Part shown: piece by piece, positions 50,384 to 61,465 of the stretch | How positions within the stretch are numbered: position 1 is the first letter of the stretch | Layout of the letters: every line of letters starts with the position of its first letter | Source of the DNA: Nitrospirota bacterium | GTDB lineage: Bacteria; Nitrospirota; UBA9217 | Assembly: GCA_963737155.1 (NCBI GenBank) | Contig: CAVTRN010000002.1 | Coordinates: forward strand, 2,112,001-2,176,000 | Reading direction: 5' to 3' | Length of the DNA stretch: 64,000 bases | Translations under genes and position numbers: made by a program | Notes under the pieces: generated by a model | The model's database searches: none | Seen by the model: the letters and a program-made list of their open reading frames with translations, nothing else | Told to the model about the DNA's origin: nothing

Positions 50384-51088
50384 CTATTTTTTCTTCTTAT
50401 CCCCGTACAGATAATCATATTCCGCCGGATGATGGTGTTTTAACTGGTCGATCGTCATCTTTCCAGTGAGCCACATCCAGTTCATGGGGAACACCTCCGA
50501 ACGAAGATGCTCGTTATAAAAGTGAAAAATCATGATAAACACTATGGCGAGGAGCGCCTCGTCACTGTGCATAGTGAAAATGACATCCCATATCCATTGG
50601 ACCGACCAGGCGGGGAAAATAGGTGATACGGTCACAGGGAAAGCAAGACAAAAGCCCGATGCCCCGATAATGAACATACCCCAATACACCGCCCAGTAGT
50701 CGAATTTCTGCATGTAGTTGAATTTACCAAAGTAGGGTTTATCTTTTCTCAGCCCAAAGAAATACATGAAATTATGGAATACGTCGACCACATCCTTTGG
50801 CATCGGAAGGAGGGTAAACCTCATGCCGCCCTTGCGCATCTGGTTGACCAGGTAAAACTGGTGGTAGATAAAATCAAGGAGCATGGTGATGCCCGCGACA
50901 CGATGAATAATTCCAGCGCTTTTTGCGCCGCCCCAGAAACGGATCCAAGCGCTGGCCGGATCCTGATAGGCATACTTGAGCCCCCATCCCGTGAAAGCCA
51001 GGAGCAGAAAGGTCGTAAACATAATAACGTGTTGAATTCGAGCAGAGAGGTTGAACCTCTCGATTTCTTTTGGAATCGTATTATTCAT
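50384..51088 (-). CDS. Diheme cytochrome b (FdnI-like; CbcB-like)
   Basis: RIQH, IIHR, KFNYMQKFDYWAVYWG, MHSDEALLA...HFY. RBS GGAGG. Confidence 0.88.
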   Translation of the reverse strand: MNNTIPKEIERFNLSARIQHVIMFTTFLLLAFTGWGLKYAYQDPASAWIRFWGGAKSAGIIHRVAGITMLLDFIYHQFYLVNQMRKGGMRFTLLPMPKDVVDVFHNFMYFFGLRKDKPYFGKFNYMQKFDYWAVYWGMFIIGASGFCLAFPVTVSPIFPAWSVQWIWDVIFTMHSDEALLAIVFIMIFHFYNEHLRSEVFPMNWMWLTGKMTIDQLKHHHPAEYDYLYGDKKKK

Positions 51089-51977
51089 GACCTCCTCCTT
51101 TTCTGAACAGACGGTCGCGGATATCCGCGATGATATCCAAAAGTACATGGATGCAGATGAACGCAAACACACTCATCGTAAGAATGATCAAGGCAAGTTC
51201 CGTAAAATGAGCAATGGGTTGCGGCGGCTGATGAGTGATCGCGGCTACGAACTTTTCCGTTGCACCGGCATGACACTTCCCGCATGTCTTGATCTTGTTT
51301 GCGCCATAAACTGGAGACGAGGGATCCTTCACATCCTTGATATCGTGAGGCCCATGACAATTAACGCAGGACGGAGCGCTGCTTTGGCCCAGTTTGAGCT
51401 TGCGGCCATGAAAACTTTCTTTGTACCGCTCCATGACGTCAGGAGAGAGACCGTATTTCTCCGACATGATCTTTTCATCATGACAGGTGCCGCAGGTCGC
51501 GACGACGTTGAAATGGTTGACCATGGATTCCTTGCTGGTCTTCGGCTGGATATAATGAGGGATACCATGACAACTCGTGCAAACCGGGCCGTCAGATGAT
51601 TTTTGCACCATGACGTTCTGCCCGTGCACGCTCGATTTGTATGCTTCGTACACATCGGGATGACACTGGACACAGGCTGCCTGCGCAATGGGGTCAATTT
51701 TGCTTTTCGAGGAGAGGGCTTCCGCTAGTTCCTGGGTTGCCTTGTCCGCCTTCCCTGACAGTCCCTTGTGCTGTTCTCCGTTGAGCATCATATGGCACGT
51801 GACGCAGTCGAAGGAACCATGGACGGATTTCGAATACTTTTCCTGATTTACGTTGAATTCACCTTCCATTGACCCATGGCATCCGAGGCACGTCGCCGCA
51901 TCGGGCGCAGCGCCGGCTGCTGGTGACAAAACCAAGGTTAAAAACAACAGCACAACTGCGTTCAACCAAATCATCAT
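51081..51977 (-). CDS. Heptaheme c-type cytochrome with C-terminal TM anchor (CbcA-like)
   Basis: Signal peptide; seven CxxCH motifs (CLGCH, CVTCH, CVQCH, CTSCH, CGTCH, CVNCH, CGKCH); C-terminal TM. Confidence 0.9.
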   Translation of the reverse strand: MMIWLNAVVLLFLTLVLSPAAGAAPDAATCLGCHGSMEGEFNVNQEKYSKSVHGSFDCVTCHMMLNGEQHKGLSGKADKATQELAEALSSKSKIDPIAQAACVQCHPDVYEAYKSSVHGQNVMVQKSSDGPVCTSCHGIPHYIQPKTSKESMVNHFNVVATCGTCHDEKIMSEKYGLSPDVMERYKESFHGRKLKLGQSSAPSCVNCHGPHDIKDVKDPSSPVYGANKIKTCGKCHAGATEKFVAAITHQPPQPIAHFTELALIILTMSVFAFICIHVLLDIIADIRDRLFRKGGGHE

Positions 51978-52330
51978 ACCATCTCCTTTCACTCCATCAG
52001 TATTCTTAATATGTATTATTCTCAAAATGGCAGAGCGTCTCCTAGCAAAACGGTATTAACGAAATCGCTTTTCCGCCGTTCTCTATTGCAGGGCGAGCTT
52101 AAAAACCCGGACAATCAAGTAAGGTTGCGGCTATTTCTTGAGTTGTTGATAATAACAGATGAGGTACGGCGTAAAAGACCCAAATATAATGTTCGTGCGG
52201 TGAGTCGTCGATGACGAAGGAACGTCCTTGATTGCCCCCCGGAATCCATCTATCCCTTCAAATAGAATCAAGTAGATTTTAATCAGTAATGGAAAGATAG
52301 CATATTTTACAGAAATCCGCCAAATTTTTT

Positions 52331-52346
52331 TGCATTTGTCATGCCA
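52331..52346 (-). promoter_or_regulatory. Putative sigma-54 (-24/-12) promoter upstream of the cytochrome pair
   Basis: The - strand reads TGGCATGACAAATGCA, giving GG-N10-GC spacing. Confidence 0.55.
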
Positions 52347-52690
52347 GCAATAACCTATTGAATTTTTGGCAGATAAATCCGGGTTCTTTTCGCAAAAGTG
52401 AGAATTTCATCTTTTTTATGCAACTCTGCAAAGAAACAGTAATTGACGCTAACTCCTTCGCCATTCAATGATTTGTCCGATTATAGTAGCGTGTTTCACG
52501 GTTCTCGACAAATGCGTTCTGAAGGTTTTCGCCCTAGCTCGTCTTACTACTCTTTCTCACCGTTCAATAAACTCATAAAATGAAACATGCTGTAAGTGGA
52601 CAATTGTCTACTGGCAATATATGCTTAAGGCGTAAATATTGAGATTGCAGCCTTTGACAAAGAAAACCTACACAAAGGTAGAGCAAACCG

Positions 52691-52750
52691 GATCCGTATT
52701 CCCCTGCTGGCGCATCGCCGCCGAGAGGAAACGCGCGGCCCATTGTTCAA
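52691..52750. repeat. Solo IS200/IS605-type end hairpin related to 24316-24380
   Basis: GATCCG...CGCGGCCCATTGTTCAA versus GATCCG...CGCGGACCAGAGTTCAA. Confidence 0.55.
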
Positions 52751-52751
52751 A

Positions 52752-53510
52752 CTAATAATTTACGGTTAAAAGATAAAGTCCTTGAGGAGGAGCGGTTTTC
52801 CCTGCCGTAGTCCGGTTCCTCGCTACCAAAATTTTCGCCATATCATCAGGGCCAAACCTGCCAAGTCCGATCTCCACTAGCGTGCCGGTAATATTTCTGA
52901 CCATATATTGCAGGAATGCATCTGCCTCAAACAGCAATTCGATAACATTGCCCTTTTTCCGTATTGTTACTGATTTCAAAGTTCTCACAGGACTTTTCGC
53001 ACCACAACCGGAACCACGGAATGACGAAAAATCGTGTCTCCCCAATAGGACTATAGAAGCTTTGCGCATGCGCGCAACATTCAAAGGCAGGTTGACATGC
53101 CAGGCATAATCGCGATGAAGAGCAGTTTGCGCGCGCCTGTTCAAAATGCAATATTTATAGATCTTGCTCCGGGCGCTATACCGAGCATGGAAATCCGCAG
53201 GAACTTCTTCCGATGTCAATACCCTGATATCGGAAGGCAGAAGATGATTGAGCGCCGGCGTCCATGCAGACGCTGGAATGGTGGTTCGGGTCTGAAAATT
53301 TACGACTTGCCCCAGGGCATGCACACCTGCATCGGTCCTTCCTGAAGAAAACACCTTCCCCTCTTCATGGGACAACAACATGATTGCCTGCTCAAGCGTT
53401 TCCTGAATTGTCTGCATTCCGCTTCCAGTCTGCGATTGCCAGCCGTGGTAGTTCGTGCCGTCGTATTCAAGAATGAGCTTTATATTGCGCTGAATTAAGT
53501 CTGAACTCAT
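52752..53510 (-). CDS. truA: tRNA pseudouridine(38-40) synthase
   Basis: YDGTNYHGWQ, SGRTDAGVHA, FHARYSA, FL..MVR, TAPPQGLYL. Confidence 0.96.
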   Translation of the reverse strand: MSSDLIQRNIKLILEYDGTNYHGWQSQTGSGMQTIQETLEQAIMLLSHEEGKVFSSGRTDAGVHALGQVVNFQTRTTIPASAWTPALNHLLPSDIRVLTSEEVPADFHARYSARSKIYKYCILNRRAQTALHRDYAWHVNLPLNVARMRKASIVLLGRHDFSSFRGSGCGAKSPVRTLKSVTIRKKGNVIELLFEADAFLQYMVRNITGTLVEIGLGRFGPDDMAKILVARNRTTAGKTAPPQGLYLLTVNY

Positions 53511-53716
53511 GGCTGTTGATCCTGGAAAAAGCATTTAACCCCCAAAGAGCACGGGTAAACACGGATAATAGCGACTGCCAAGACACAGCCGCGACTTATC
53601 AGCCGGGCGAGGCATAACTCCACAATTGTGGTGTTTAACGTATTCATCCATTTTCCCGATTGCCATCTAGATAATCAAACTTGGGAAATTTCTCGATACC
53701 GTTTATAGGCAAAAGC

Positions 53717-54418
53717 CTATTCTCCGAGGTAGGCTTTTTTAATACCCGGATCGTTTTCGAGCTGTGACGCCGGACCTTCCATCACAATCCTGCCGGTTTC
53801 CATGACATAGGCCCTATTGGCAAGTTGAAGTGCGGCTTTGGCGTTCTGCTCTACCAAAAGAATGGTTGTACCCTGTGCATTAATTTCCCGTAAGATTTTG
53901 AAAATCCTGCTGACTATGATGGGGGCGAGGCCAAGCGACGGCTCATCAAGAAGAAGAAGACTCGGCTGGGACATGAGCGCCCTGCCGATTGCTAGCATTT
54001 GTTGCTCCCCTCCTGAAAGAGTCCCGCCCATCTGTCGTTGTCTCTCAAACAAAGTAGGAAACGTTTCGAATACTCGATTAATCCCGGAGGCGTACTCCTT
54101 CCTGCTTCTGGAAAAGGCGCCCATTTCAAGATTTTCCCGCACGGTCATGCGAGGGAAAATGCGCCTGCCTTCGGGAACCTGCGATATCCCGAGTTGGACG
54201 ATTTCGTGGACGGGACGGTCGTCAATCCGTTTTCCCCGGAAAATAACAGTTCCCACACTCAGCGCCAAAACCCCGGATACCGCCATCAGCGTTGTCGATT
54301 TCCCTGCGCCGTTTGCTCCGATTAATGCAACGATATCACCCTGCTTTACGGACAGGCTGACTCCTTTGAGCGCCTCGATTCTTCCGTACGAAACAGCTAC
54401 ATCCCTGAGTTCAAGCAT
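53717..54418 (-). CDS. livF: Branched-chain amino acid ABC transporter ATP-binding protein
   Basis: GANGAGKST, VPEGRRIF, LSGGEQQMLAIGRALM, LVEQN. Confidence 0.92.
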   Translation of the reverse strand: MLELRDVAVSYGRIEALKGVSLSVKQGDIVALIGANGAGKSTTLMAVSGVLALSVGTVIFRGKRIDDRPVHEIVQLGISQVPEGRRIFPRMTVRENLEMGAFSRSRKEYASGINRVFETFPTLFERQRQMGGTLSGGEQQMLAIGRALMSQPSLLLLDEPSLGLAPIIVSRIFKILREINAQGTTILLVEQNAKAALQLANRAYVMETGRIVMEGPASQLENDPGIKKAYLGE

Positions 54419-55181
54419 GAATATGATCCTTGCCGAGATAGGCCTCAATCACATCCTGGTTGTTCTGGATGTCCCGGGGTATGCCTTCGGCAATTTTTAC
54501 TCCATGGTCCAGAACCAGCACCCGATCCGATATCCCCATAACGACCCTCATATCGTGCTCAATGAGCAGGATCGCCACGCCATTGTCGCGGATCTTACGA
54601 ATGAGCGACATCAGTTCCAGTGTCTCTTGCGGGTTCATGCCAGCCGCAGGCTCGTCAAGGAGCAGGAGGTGAGGCTCCGTCCCGAGAGCCCTTGCTATTT
54701 CAAGTCGCCGTTGATTGCCATAGGAAAGATTCGCTGCCAAGGATCCCTGCATGTTTTCGAGTCCGGCGAACTTTAAAATGTCCATGGCCCGGTAGCCCGT
54801 ATCCCGCTCTTCTTTTCTTACTTTGGCCGGCCGGAAAATGGCGCCGAACACTCCCGCGCTGGTACGGCAATGAGCTGCAACCATAACATTTTCCAGACAG
54901 GTCATTCCATCGAAGAGGCGAATATTCTGAAATGTCCTCGCGATACCCAGGGCGGTTATCGAATGGGGCTGCATCGTGGTAATGTCGCGGTCATGAAATA
55001 TGACCGTCCCCTTAGTCGGACGATATATGCCAGTTATACAATTGAAAAAAGTTGTTTTCCCTGCGCCGTTCGGGCCGATGATGCTGACTATCCTTTCGCG
55101 TTCGACGCGCATGTTGATATCGTCGACGGCCTTAAGACCTCCGAAATGTTTGGTCATATTTTTTGTTTCCAGTAAGAGCAT
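54411..55181 (-). CDS. livG: Branched-chain amino acid ABC transporter ATP-binding protein
   Basis: GPNGAGKTT, ARTFQNIRLF, LSYG, DEPAAG, IEHDM. Confidence 0.92.
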   Translation of the reverse strand: MLLLETKNMTKHFGGLKAVDDINMRVERERIVSIIGPNGAGKTTFFNCITGIYRPTKGTVIFHDRDITTMQPHSITALGIARTFQNIRLFDGMTCLENVMVAAHCRTSAGVFGAIFRPAKVRKEERDTGYRAMDILKFAGLENMQGSLAANLSYGNQRRLEIARALGTEPHLLLLDEPAAGMNPQETLELMSLIRKIRDNGVAILLIEHDMRVVMGISDRVLVLDHGVKIAEGIPRDIQNNQDVIEAYLGKDHIHA

Positions 55182-55373
55182 GGTATAATCCGATTATTGT
55201 TGAATTATTTTTCTGGTCCTTCAGGAATGAGTGTGGTAGCCCCAATATGTAGTAAAGCATTAACCCTGGCACTTAAGGTGAAAATGCTTACGATTACAGC
55301 CACTTTAACAATTTGAGGCCTCAAAATGTCAGCACTACCTATGGTGGCTTCCCACACTAAACCCGGAAGCGAC

Positions 55374-56522
55374 TTATTTCTTTATCGTTCCCAAAAGTCC
55401 CTGTGGCCTAAATACCATCATGGCCACGAGAGCAAATCCAAACGCCAACATGCGATAGTCTTGAAAATCCCTGAAGATTTCGGGAAGCGTGATCAGCAAC
55501 AAAGCACCGAGAATAATCCCCGGGATGCTCCCCATCCCTCCGAGAACAACCATGCAGAGGATCAGGACAGATTCGGTAAAAGTAAAGCTTTCCGGAGACA
55601 CAAAGGCCATTTTGGCCGCGAAGAAAACTCCTGTCAGGCCAGCCAGGGCCGAACCTACCACAAAAGCGAGCAGCTTAAGCCGGAACGTATTGATTCCCAT
55701 GGCCTCGGCGGCAACCTCGTCTTCCCGGATGGAAATCCATGCTCGGCCAATCCGGGAGGTCATGAGACGTTTCACGGCAAATACCGTAATGATGACAATG
55801 ACGAGGATCATGAAATAGAAATCGAGAGTGCTGTGCAGCGTATATCCTGCCATGATTGGCCTGCCTATCTTAGAGATTCCATTCGGACCGCCGGTCAAGC
55901 CGTCCCAATTGTTCAGAATGATCCGGGTGATTTCCCCAAGGCCGAGCGTCACGATCGCGAAGTAGTCTCCGCGGAGACGCAGTATAGGAAGCCCTACGAT
56001 AAAAGCAAAAACCGCCGCAACAAACGAACCGGCGAGGAGCCCGGGCCAGAATGCAAGCCCGAATCTTGTCGAAAGGATGGCGTAGGTATAGGCGCCGATG
56101 GCATAAAATGCCACATATCCCAGGTTGAGGAGGCCAGCCTGTCCCACAACAATATTCAGGCCTAGTGCTAGGACAATATACATGCCTGTCAACGTCATGA
56201 TGTCCCGATAATAATCGTTGAGAAGGGCAGGCAGAAATATCAGGAAAACGATGAAAGAGGCATAGGCAAGCAGAGATTGAGCGATGCGGGAAGGCAATGA
56301 AGTTTTTTCTCGAACAATCGTAAACTTCCGATAAAACAACCGTAAGACGGACAAGCAAGCATCAGTCGTTAAGAGCCGCCACAAGAACAGCGATGCAAAT
56401 GCCGCCGCGGTTAGGCGCACCGCGTTCACCATTCCTGTAAACGGCAGAACAAGCAGACCCATCAAGAGTGAGAAAAAAATATTTTTTACATGCGTTTTAG
56501 TGGATTTAAGAATGGTGTTCAT
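55374..56522 (-). CDS. livM: Branched-chain amino acid ABC transporter permease
   Basis: GLNIVVG.AGLL.LG, LRLRGDY.AIVTLG, IREDE.AA. Confidence 0.92.
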   Translation of the reverse strand: MNTILKSTKTHVKNIFFSLLMGLLVLPFTGMVNAVRLTAAAFASLFLWRLLTTDACLSVLRLFYRKFTIVREKTSLPSRIAQSLLAYASFIVFLIFLPALLNDYYRDIMTLTGMYIVLALGLNIVVGQAGLLNLGYVAFYAIGAYTYAILSTRFGLAFWPGLLAGSFVAAVFAFIVGLPILRLRGDYFAIVTLGLGEITRIILNNWDGLTGGPNGISKIGRPIMAGYTLHSTLDFYFMILVIVIITVFAVKRLMTSRIGRAWISIREDEVAAEAMGINTFRLKLLAFVVGSALAGLTGVFFAAKMAFVSPESFTFTESVLILCMVVLGGMGSIPGIILGALLLITLPEIFRDFQDYRMLAFGFALVAMMVFRPQGLLGTIKK

Positions 56523-57140
56523 TCTAGGTTGAGATTATTGCACAAAAAAAAAGGGTTTTCAAGGTTTTGTTCCGGCTCTGTCAACCCAAAGCCAAAATGC
56601 CCGTTTTGAGATTCTGTCTGACGCTGCATTCTAGCTTTGGCCATTGCCCTCGCTTGACACTTCCACGGATGAAATTGTTGGTAACAGTTCAGAACACATA
56701 AATCAGTCACTGCATTTCTATGCCCTCATTATTAACAGCGTTTCTGATACTGCTCTTGATGGGTCAACCACAAGAGCACAGGTATTTTATTGAAAGAGTT
56801 CCTCTACGCCCTCTGTCGTTTCATTCGTTGCCTCTGGTTTTCACAAAACTTTTGATAGTATCTCATTTTGCATTGCTATAATCGTCAATATTCTGGCGAT
56901 TATTTTGCACATGGAAATTGATTTTTTTAACCAACTTTTACAACAGGAAGTCTAAACCTACCCACCACAATATATTGTATATTCCATCCCGCAAAATACC
57001 TTACCTTGTTATTTTTCACTTTACAAAGCACCACACTTATGATATAAGAGCTTAAGTTAGAGCATCAATTATTCACGTCGTTTTTTTGTACTTTGTACAT
57101 TGAACTCCTAACTCTAAACTATTCTGTTACCGGGAGGCGT

Positions 57141-60100
57141 ATGCAGCTCAAAACCCTTGAAATGATCGGTTTTAAATCCTTTTCCGACAAAACTACGATC
57201 ACTTTTCAACCCGGTGTGACTGCCGTAGTAGGCCCCAATGGATGTGGCAAGAGCAATATTTCTGATGCAATTCGCTGGGTTCTTGGCGAACAAAGCGCTA
57301 AGCATCTTCGCGGCGAAAAGATGGAGGATGTTATCTTCAACGGGAGCGAAAACCGCAAACCTCTGGGCATGGCAGAAGTGACACTGAGGCTTACTAATGT
57401 CGGAAGTATTCAGTCCTCGGAATTTGGGCAATACGAGGAGATCGAGATCTCCCGCCGCCTCTACCGGTCCGGAGAGAGCGAATACGTTATTAACAAGATC
57501 CCCTGCCGACTCAAGGATATTCGCGATCTCATGATGGATGCAGGCGTTGGTGCCCGCATTCATGCCATCATCGAGCAGGATAAGGTGGACCAGATCCTTT
57601 CCTCCAAACCGCAAGACCGGCGTTTTCTGTTCGAGGAAGTGGCTGGCGTCATGAAATACAAAGCCCGAAGACAGGAAGCGCTCTCCAAACTCGAATCCAC
57701 CCATCAGAACCAGCTTCGAGTCAGCGATATCATCATCGAAGTTAAGCGTCAGCTCAACTCCCTCGATCGGCAGGCAAAAAAGGCGGAGCGGTACCAGAAG
57801 CTCCGTGCCGAAACAAAAGACCTCGACTTTCGCCTCTCATCCGTCGAGTACTCTAACCTCGGGATCGAATGGACGGTGGTAACAGAAGAATTTAAGAAGG
57901 TCGAAGATGATGTCACAAGGCTTCACGCTGACCTCGGCAGGTTAGAAGCTACAATCGAAGAGGCCCGTGCCGATGCCCTCTCCGCCGAGCATGAACTCTC
58001 TGCGCTGAGGCATAAGATCCATGAGATAGAAACCGCACTTAGCCGTGCTGAACACCGCGTTGAAATGTCACGGAGCCAGATCGCATCTCTTACTGATCAG
58101 CGCAATCGCGATATTGCTGAAATGGAATATCTGAAACTTGAGAGCGTCCGCGTGTCTTCTCAGAAGGCGCTTCATGAGGAGGAGTCCCGTGTCTTGGTCG
58201 CTTCTATCAATGAAAAGAACGCCGTGCTGGCCGATCGGATGGCTCGCCTGGAAACTCTATCACGAGCGCTCGGCGAAAAGGAGCTATCTCTTGACGAGGA
58301 GCGGACCGGTGTCCTGAAGGCGATGACAGCGACTGCCGGCGAGAAAACCCGCATATCAAATCTGCAAACGCGGATTTCGCAGCTCGATGAGCAGGATGAG
58401 CGGGGTATGAAGGACCAAGAAGACCTGGAACTGAAGTTGAAAGAACTGATGGCCCAAGTTGTCGCCAAAGAGCAGGAACTCGACGAAATTGTTGCACGAA
58501 AAAATGCCGTTCAGGAAGAGCACGCCCGTATCTCCGGCCGCTTTGAGCAGACACTTGCCAGAAAAAAATCAGTGGAGAACGGTCTGAACGAAACAAAGAA
58601 CCGTCTTGCGGCCCAGAATTCGCGGCTCCGCTCTCTAATCGAACTGGAACAGAGTCTCGAAGGTTATCAGAGAGGCGTTCGTACCGTCATGTCTGCGAAA
58701 AAAGAAGACTCGTCGAATGAACGGCTAGGTACGATCCATGGCCTCGTGGCGGACATGATTGAGACCGAACCTCAATATGAAGTCGCTATTGAAGCAGTCC
58801 TCGGCGAGCGACTGCAATACGTTGTCGTCGATTCCCAGCACGATTCTCTCAAAGCCATTGAATACCTGAAAACGAAGAGCGGCGGCAGAAGCACGTTCGT
58901 GCCCAGGACCCCACGAGAAGTCAAGTCGGCACCCTTTGTCAAAAACGGTCATGCGGGAGTCATCGGCTCGGCACTCAATATCGTACACTGCAGCGAAAGA
59001 TACAACAGTGTTGCGCAATATTTGCTCGGTGATGTTGTCGTAGTCGATACCATGGATACCGCCCTCTATTTGTGGAACAAGGATGGATTCGACAAGACGG
59101 TCGTAACCCTTGCCGGGGAGATTCTCGACCCTTGGGGAGCGGTAACTGGAGGTACCGTGGAGGCCCTCGGGATGGGCATGCTCACCAAGCGCCGCGAAAT
59201 TAAGGACCTTGAACACGAAGTGGCGAATCTGACCGTGAACGTTGCGAAGCTCGAAGCAGATATGTCTGCCCTTGATGCCTCTATCGAATCAGACAAAAAG
59301 ATTGAAGCCGATCTCGCCCGGCAGATCCACAGCTCCGACATTGAATTTATCAATAAAGAAAAAGATCGTCTCGGCGTTGAGGACGACATCAACCGCGCGC
59401 AGGAACGCATCAAGGCGCTTGATGCGGAGACGGCGGTACGCGCTGCGTCACGACAAGAACTCAATGCGGGGATTGCTGAATCGATGGAGCTTCTTCGCGA
59501 TCTCGAAACCGGGCATACAAATGCCCAGGCCAGCATCGAATCCCTTCAGGCCGAACTCTCACTCCGGAAGGAAGAGATGGAAGTCGAGCGAACCACGATC
59601 ACCGAAATCAGAATGGATCTGGCCGCACTTCAAGAAAAACAGTCTGCTGCCGTGAGAAACCTGGCATTACTCTTAAAAACCGAAGAAGGCTTCGCTGACA
59701 AGCTCGTTAAGAGAGAATCTGAGCTCGAAACCATTGCGGTTCAGCTGAGCGAGTTCGAGGCTTCCATCTACGAGGCCGAAACCGAAATCAAGAGACATAT
59801 TGTGATTCTCGATGCTGAACGGCTGGTTCTCCTTGCCAAACAGGAGTCACATACGGTCAAGGCACAGTCACTTCAGTCAACCGAAGAACAAACAAGACAG
59901 GTTAGGCATGACATCGAGTCCTCGCAAAAACGGCTTTCTGCTAGCGAGGTCAAGCGAACCGAGCTCCGCATGAAAATCGAGCACCTCAGAGATCGGGTCT
60001 GGACCACGTATCATACAGAACTAGACGCCGTCGTTCAGCAGCTGGGACAGTTCGAGATCAATGTGTCAGAAGCTGGCGCCCGGCTCGACGAATTGCGCGA

Positions 60101-60722
60101 AAAAATCGACCAGATGGGGCCGATCAATATCGATGCACTCCAAGAATACAATGAGCTTAAAGAACGGTACGAACTGCTCTCGGCCCAACAGACCGACATC
60201 CACGAGTCCATCGACAATCTGAAGGCGACTATTGCCAAGCTCGACGGCGAGACCATTGAACTATTTATCGGGGCCTTCAACGCTATTCAGGAAAAATTCA
60301 AGGAAGTCTTCTCTCTCCTCTTCGAGGGGGGGCGGGCCGAACTCGTGCTCCTGGATCCTGCGAACATCCTCGAATCGGGCATTGAGATTATCGCACAGCC
60401 CCAGGGCAAGAAATTCCAGAGCATCACGCTGCTGTCGGGTGGTGAGAGGGCTCTTACGGCCATCGCGCTCCTATTCGCGGCCTTCCTGGTTAAGCCGAGC
60501 CCCTTTTGCATGCTCGACGAAGTCGATGCTCCGCTTGATGAGGCAAACATAACTCGCTTCACACGCCTCATCCGCCAAATGAGCAGTCGCTCGCAATTTA
60601 TCACGATCACACACAATAAGCGAACGATGGAAATGGCCGATGCGCTCTATGGAATAACCATGTCGGAGCCCGGTTGTTCCCGCGTGATCTCGGCCAAACT
60701 TCGCGAAGCAGCAGTGGCCTGA
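57141..60722 (+). CDS. smc: Chromosome segregation protein SMC
   Basis: GFKSF, GPNGCGKSN, coiled coils and hinge, LSGGE, LDEVDAPLD. GGAGG RBS before 57141. Confidence 0.97.
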   Translation: MQLKTLEMIGFKSFSDKTTITFQPGVTAVVGPNGCGKSNISDAIRWVLGEQSAKHLRGEKMEDVIFNGSENRKPLGMAEVTLRLTNVGSIQSSEFGQYEEIEISRRLYRSGESEYVINKIPCRLKDIRDLMMDAGVGARIHAIIEQDKVDQILSSKPQDRRFLFEEVAGVMKYKARRQEALSKLESTHQNQLRVSDIIIEVKRQLNSLDRQAKKAERYQKLRAETKDLDFRLSSVEYSNLGIEWTVVTEEFKKVEDDVTRLHADLGRLEATIEEARADALSAEHELSALRHKIHEIETALSRAEHRVEMSRSQIASLTDQRNRDIAEMEYLKLESVRVSSQKALHEEESRVLVASINEKNAVLADRMARLETLSRALGEKELSLDEERTGVLKAMTATAGEKTRISNLQTRISQLDEQDERGMKDQEDLELKLKELMAQVVAKEQELDEIVARKNAVQEEHARISGRFEQTLARKKSVENGLNETKNRLAAQNSRLRSLIELEQSLEGYQRGVRTVMSAKKEDSSNERLGTIHGLVADMIETEPQYEVAIEAVLGERLQYVVVDSQHDSLKAIEYLKTKSGGRSTFVPRTPREVKSAPFVKNGHAGVIGSALNIVHCSERYNSVAQYLLGDVVVVDTMDTALYLWNKDGFDKTVVTLAGEILDPWGAVTGGTVEALGMGMLTKRREIKDLEHEVANLTVNVAKLEADMSALDASIESDKKIEADLARQIHSSDIEFINKEKDRLGVEDDINRAQERIKALDAETAVRAASRQELNAGIAESMELLRDLETGHTNAQASIESLQAELSLRKEEMEVERTTITEIRMDLAALQEKQSAAVRNLALLLKTEEGFADKLVKRESELETIAVQLSEFEASIYEAETEIKRHIVILDAERLVLLAKQESHTVKAQSLQSTEEQTRQVRHDIESSQKRLSASEVKRTELRMKIEHLRDRVWTTYHTELDAVVQQLGQFEINVSEAGARLDELREKIDQMGPINIDALQEYNELKERYELLSAQQTDIHESIDNLKATIAKLDGETIELFIGAFNAIQEKFKEVFSLLFEGGRAELVLLDPANILESGIEIIAQPQGKKFQSITLLSGGERALTAIALLFAAFLVKPSPFCMLDEVDAPLDEANITRFTRLIRQMSSRSQFITITHNKRTMEMADALYGITMSEPGCSRVISAKLREAAVA

Positions 60723-61465
60723 TGACAGTTCATTTGTTCACCGGACAGGGTTCAAACTATCACAAGTGCGATTCTTCCATGGACATTGAACTGCTCATGT
60801 ACGGTACCCTGTGTCATCCTCCTCCAATGTTCAGCCGATGTCTGACAAGGAGTAATCCTCTGAACTCCTCTTTCGCCTTCTGTTTGCTTCTCTAATCCTC
60901 CTGCCTTCCCTTGCATACGAACCATAAACACCCCTGACGATCAGAAACAGTCCTAGCCGCGAAGGACAGACCCAGCGTTTCAAATCATATTCGAGCTAGG
61001 AGTTATTACTCAAATATTGACCTGATTATCGCTCTCGCTATCGCCGATTCCTCAACTCGGTGAAATGATAGACGTCGATATATACCGTATGCTGCTCTCG
61101 AGGACGGCTGATCTCCTGCAAATCATGGTTATCGAGGCAAGCTACAACCCGATGTCTAATCTCGGCAATTATCTCTTGAGGCATGACCGGCAACGTGTCG
61201 ATTTTTTACGACGCTGGCAGCAAGCAAGGATACCAAGGGCCTTGGTTACAGCGAAAACTTGATAAACGCAGTTAATTATAAGTTCAAGAACTGAAGCAAA
61301 ATCAGGAACAATTGGGAGGGATTCGAGTGGCATTATTCTTTCGTAGATGCAAAATGACCTTTCTCGAACAGGCAAACAGCGTTTTAGCTTGCGCTCGGTT
61401 TCGTGCGGAAGTCAGCGCAGGAATATTCCCGTGCACTCGCCGTTGGTAGAGACTAAAAGCAACCT

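Noticed and set aside
60900-61400. Possible histidine-kinase relic (FFTTLAASKDTKGLG)
   Set aside because: Only a weak single-motif resemblance.
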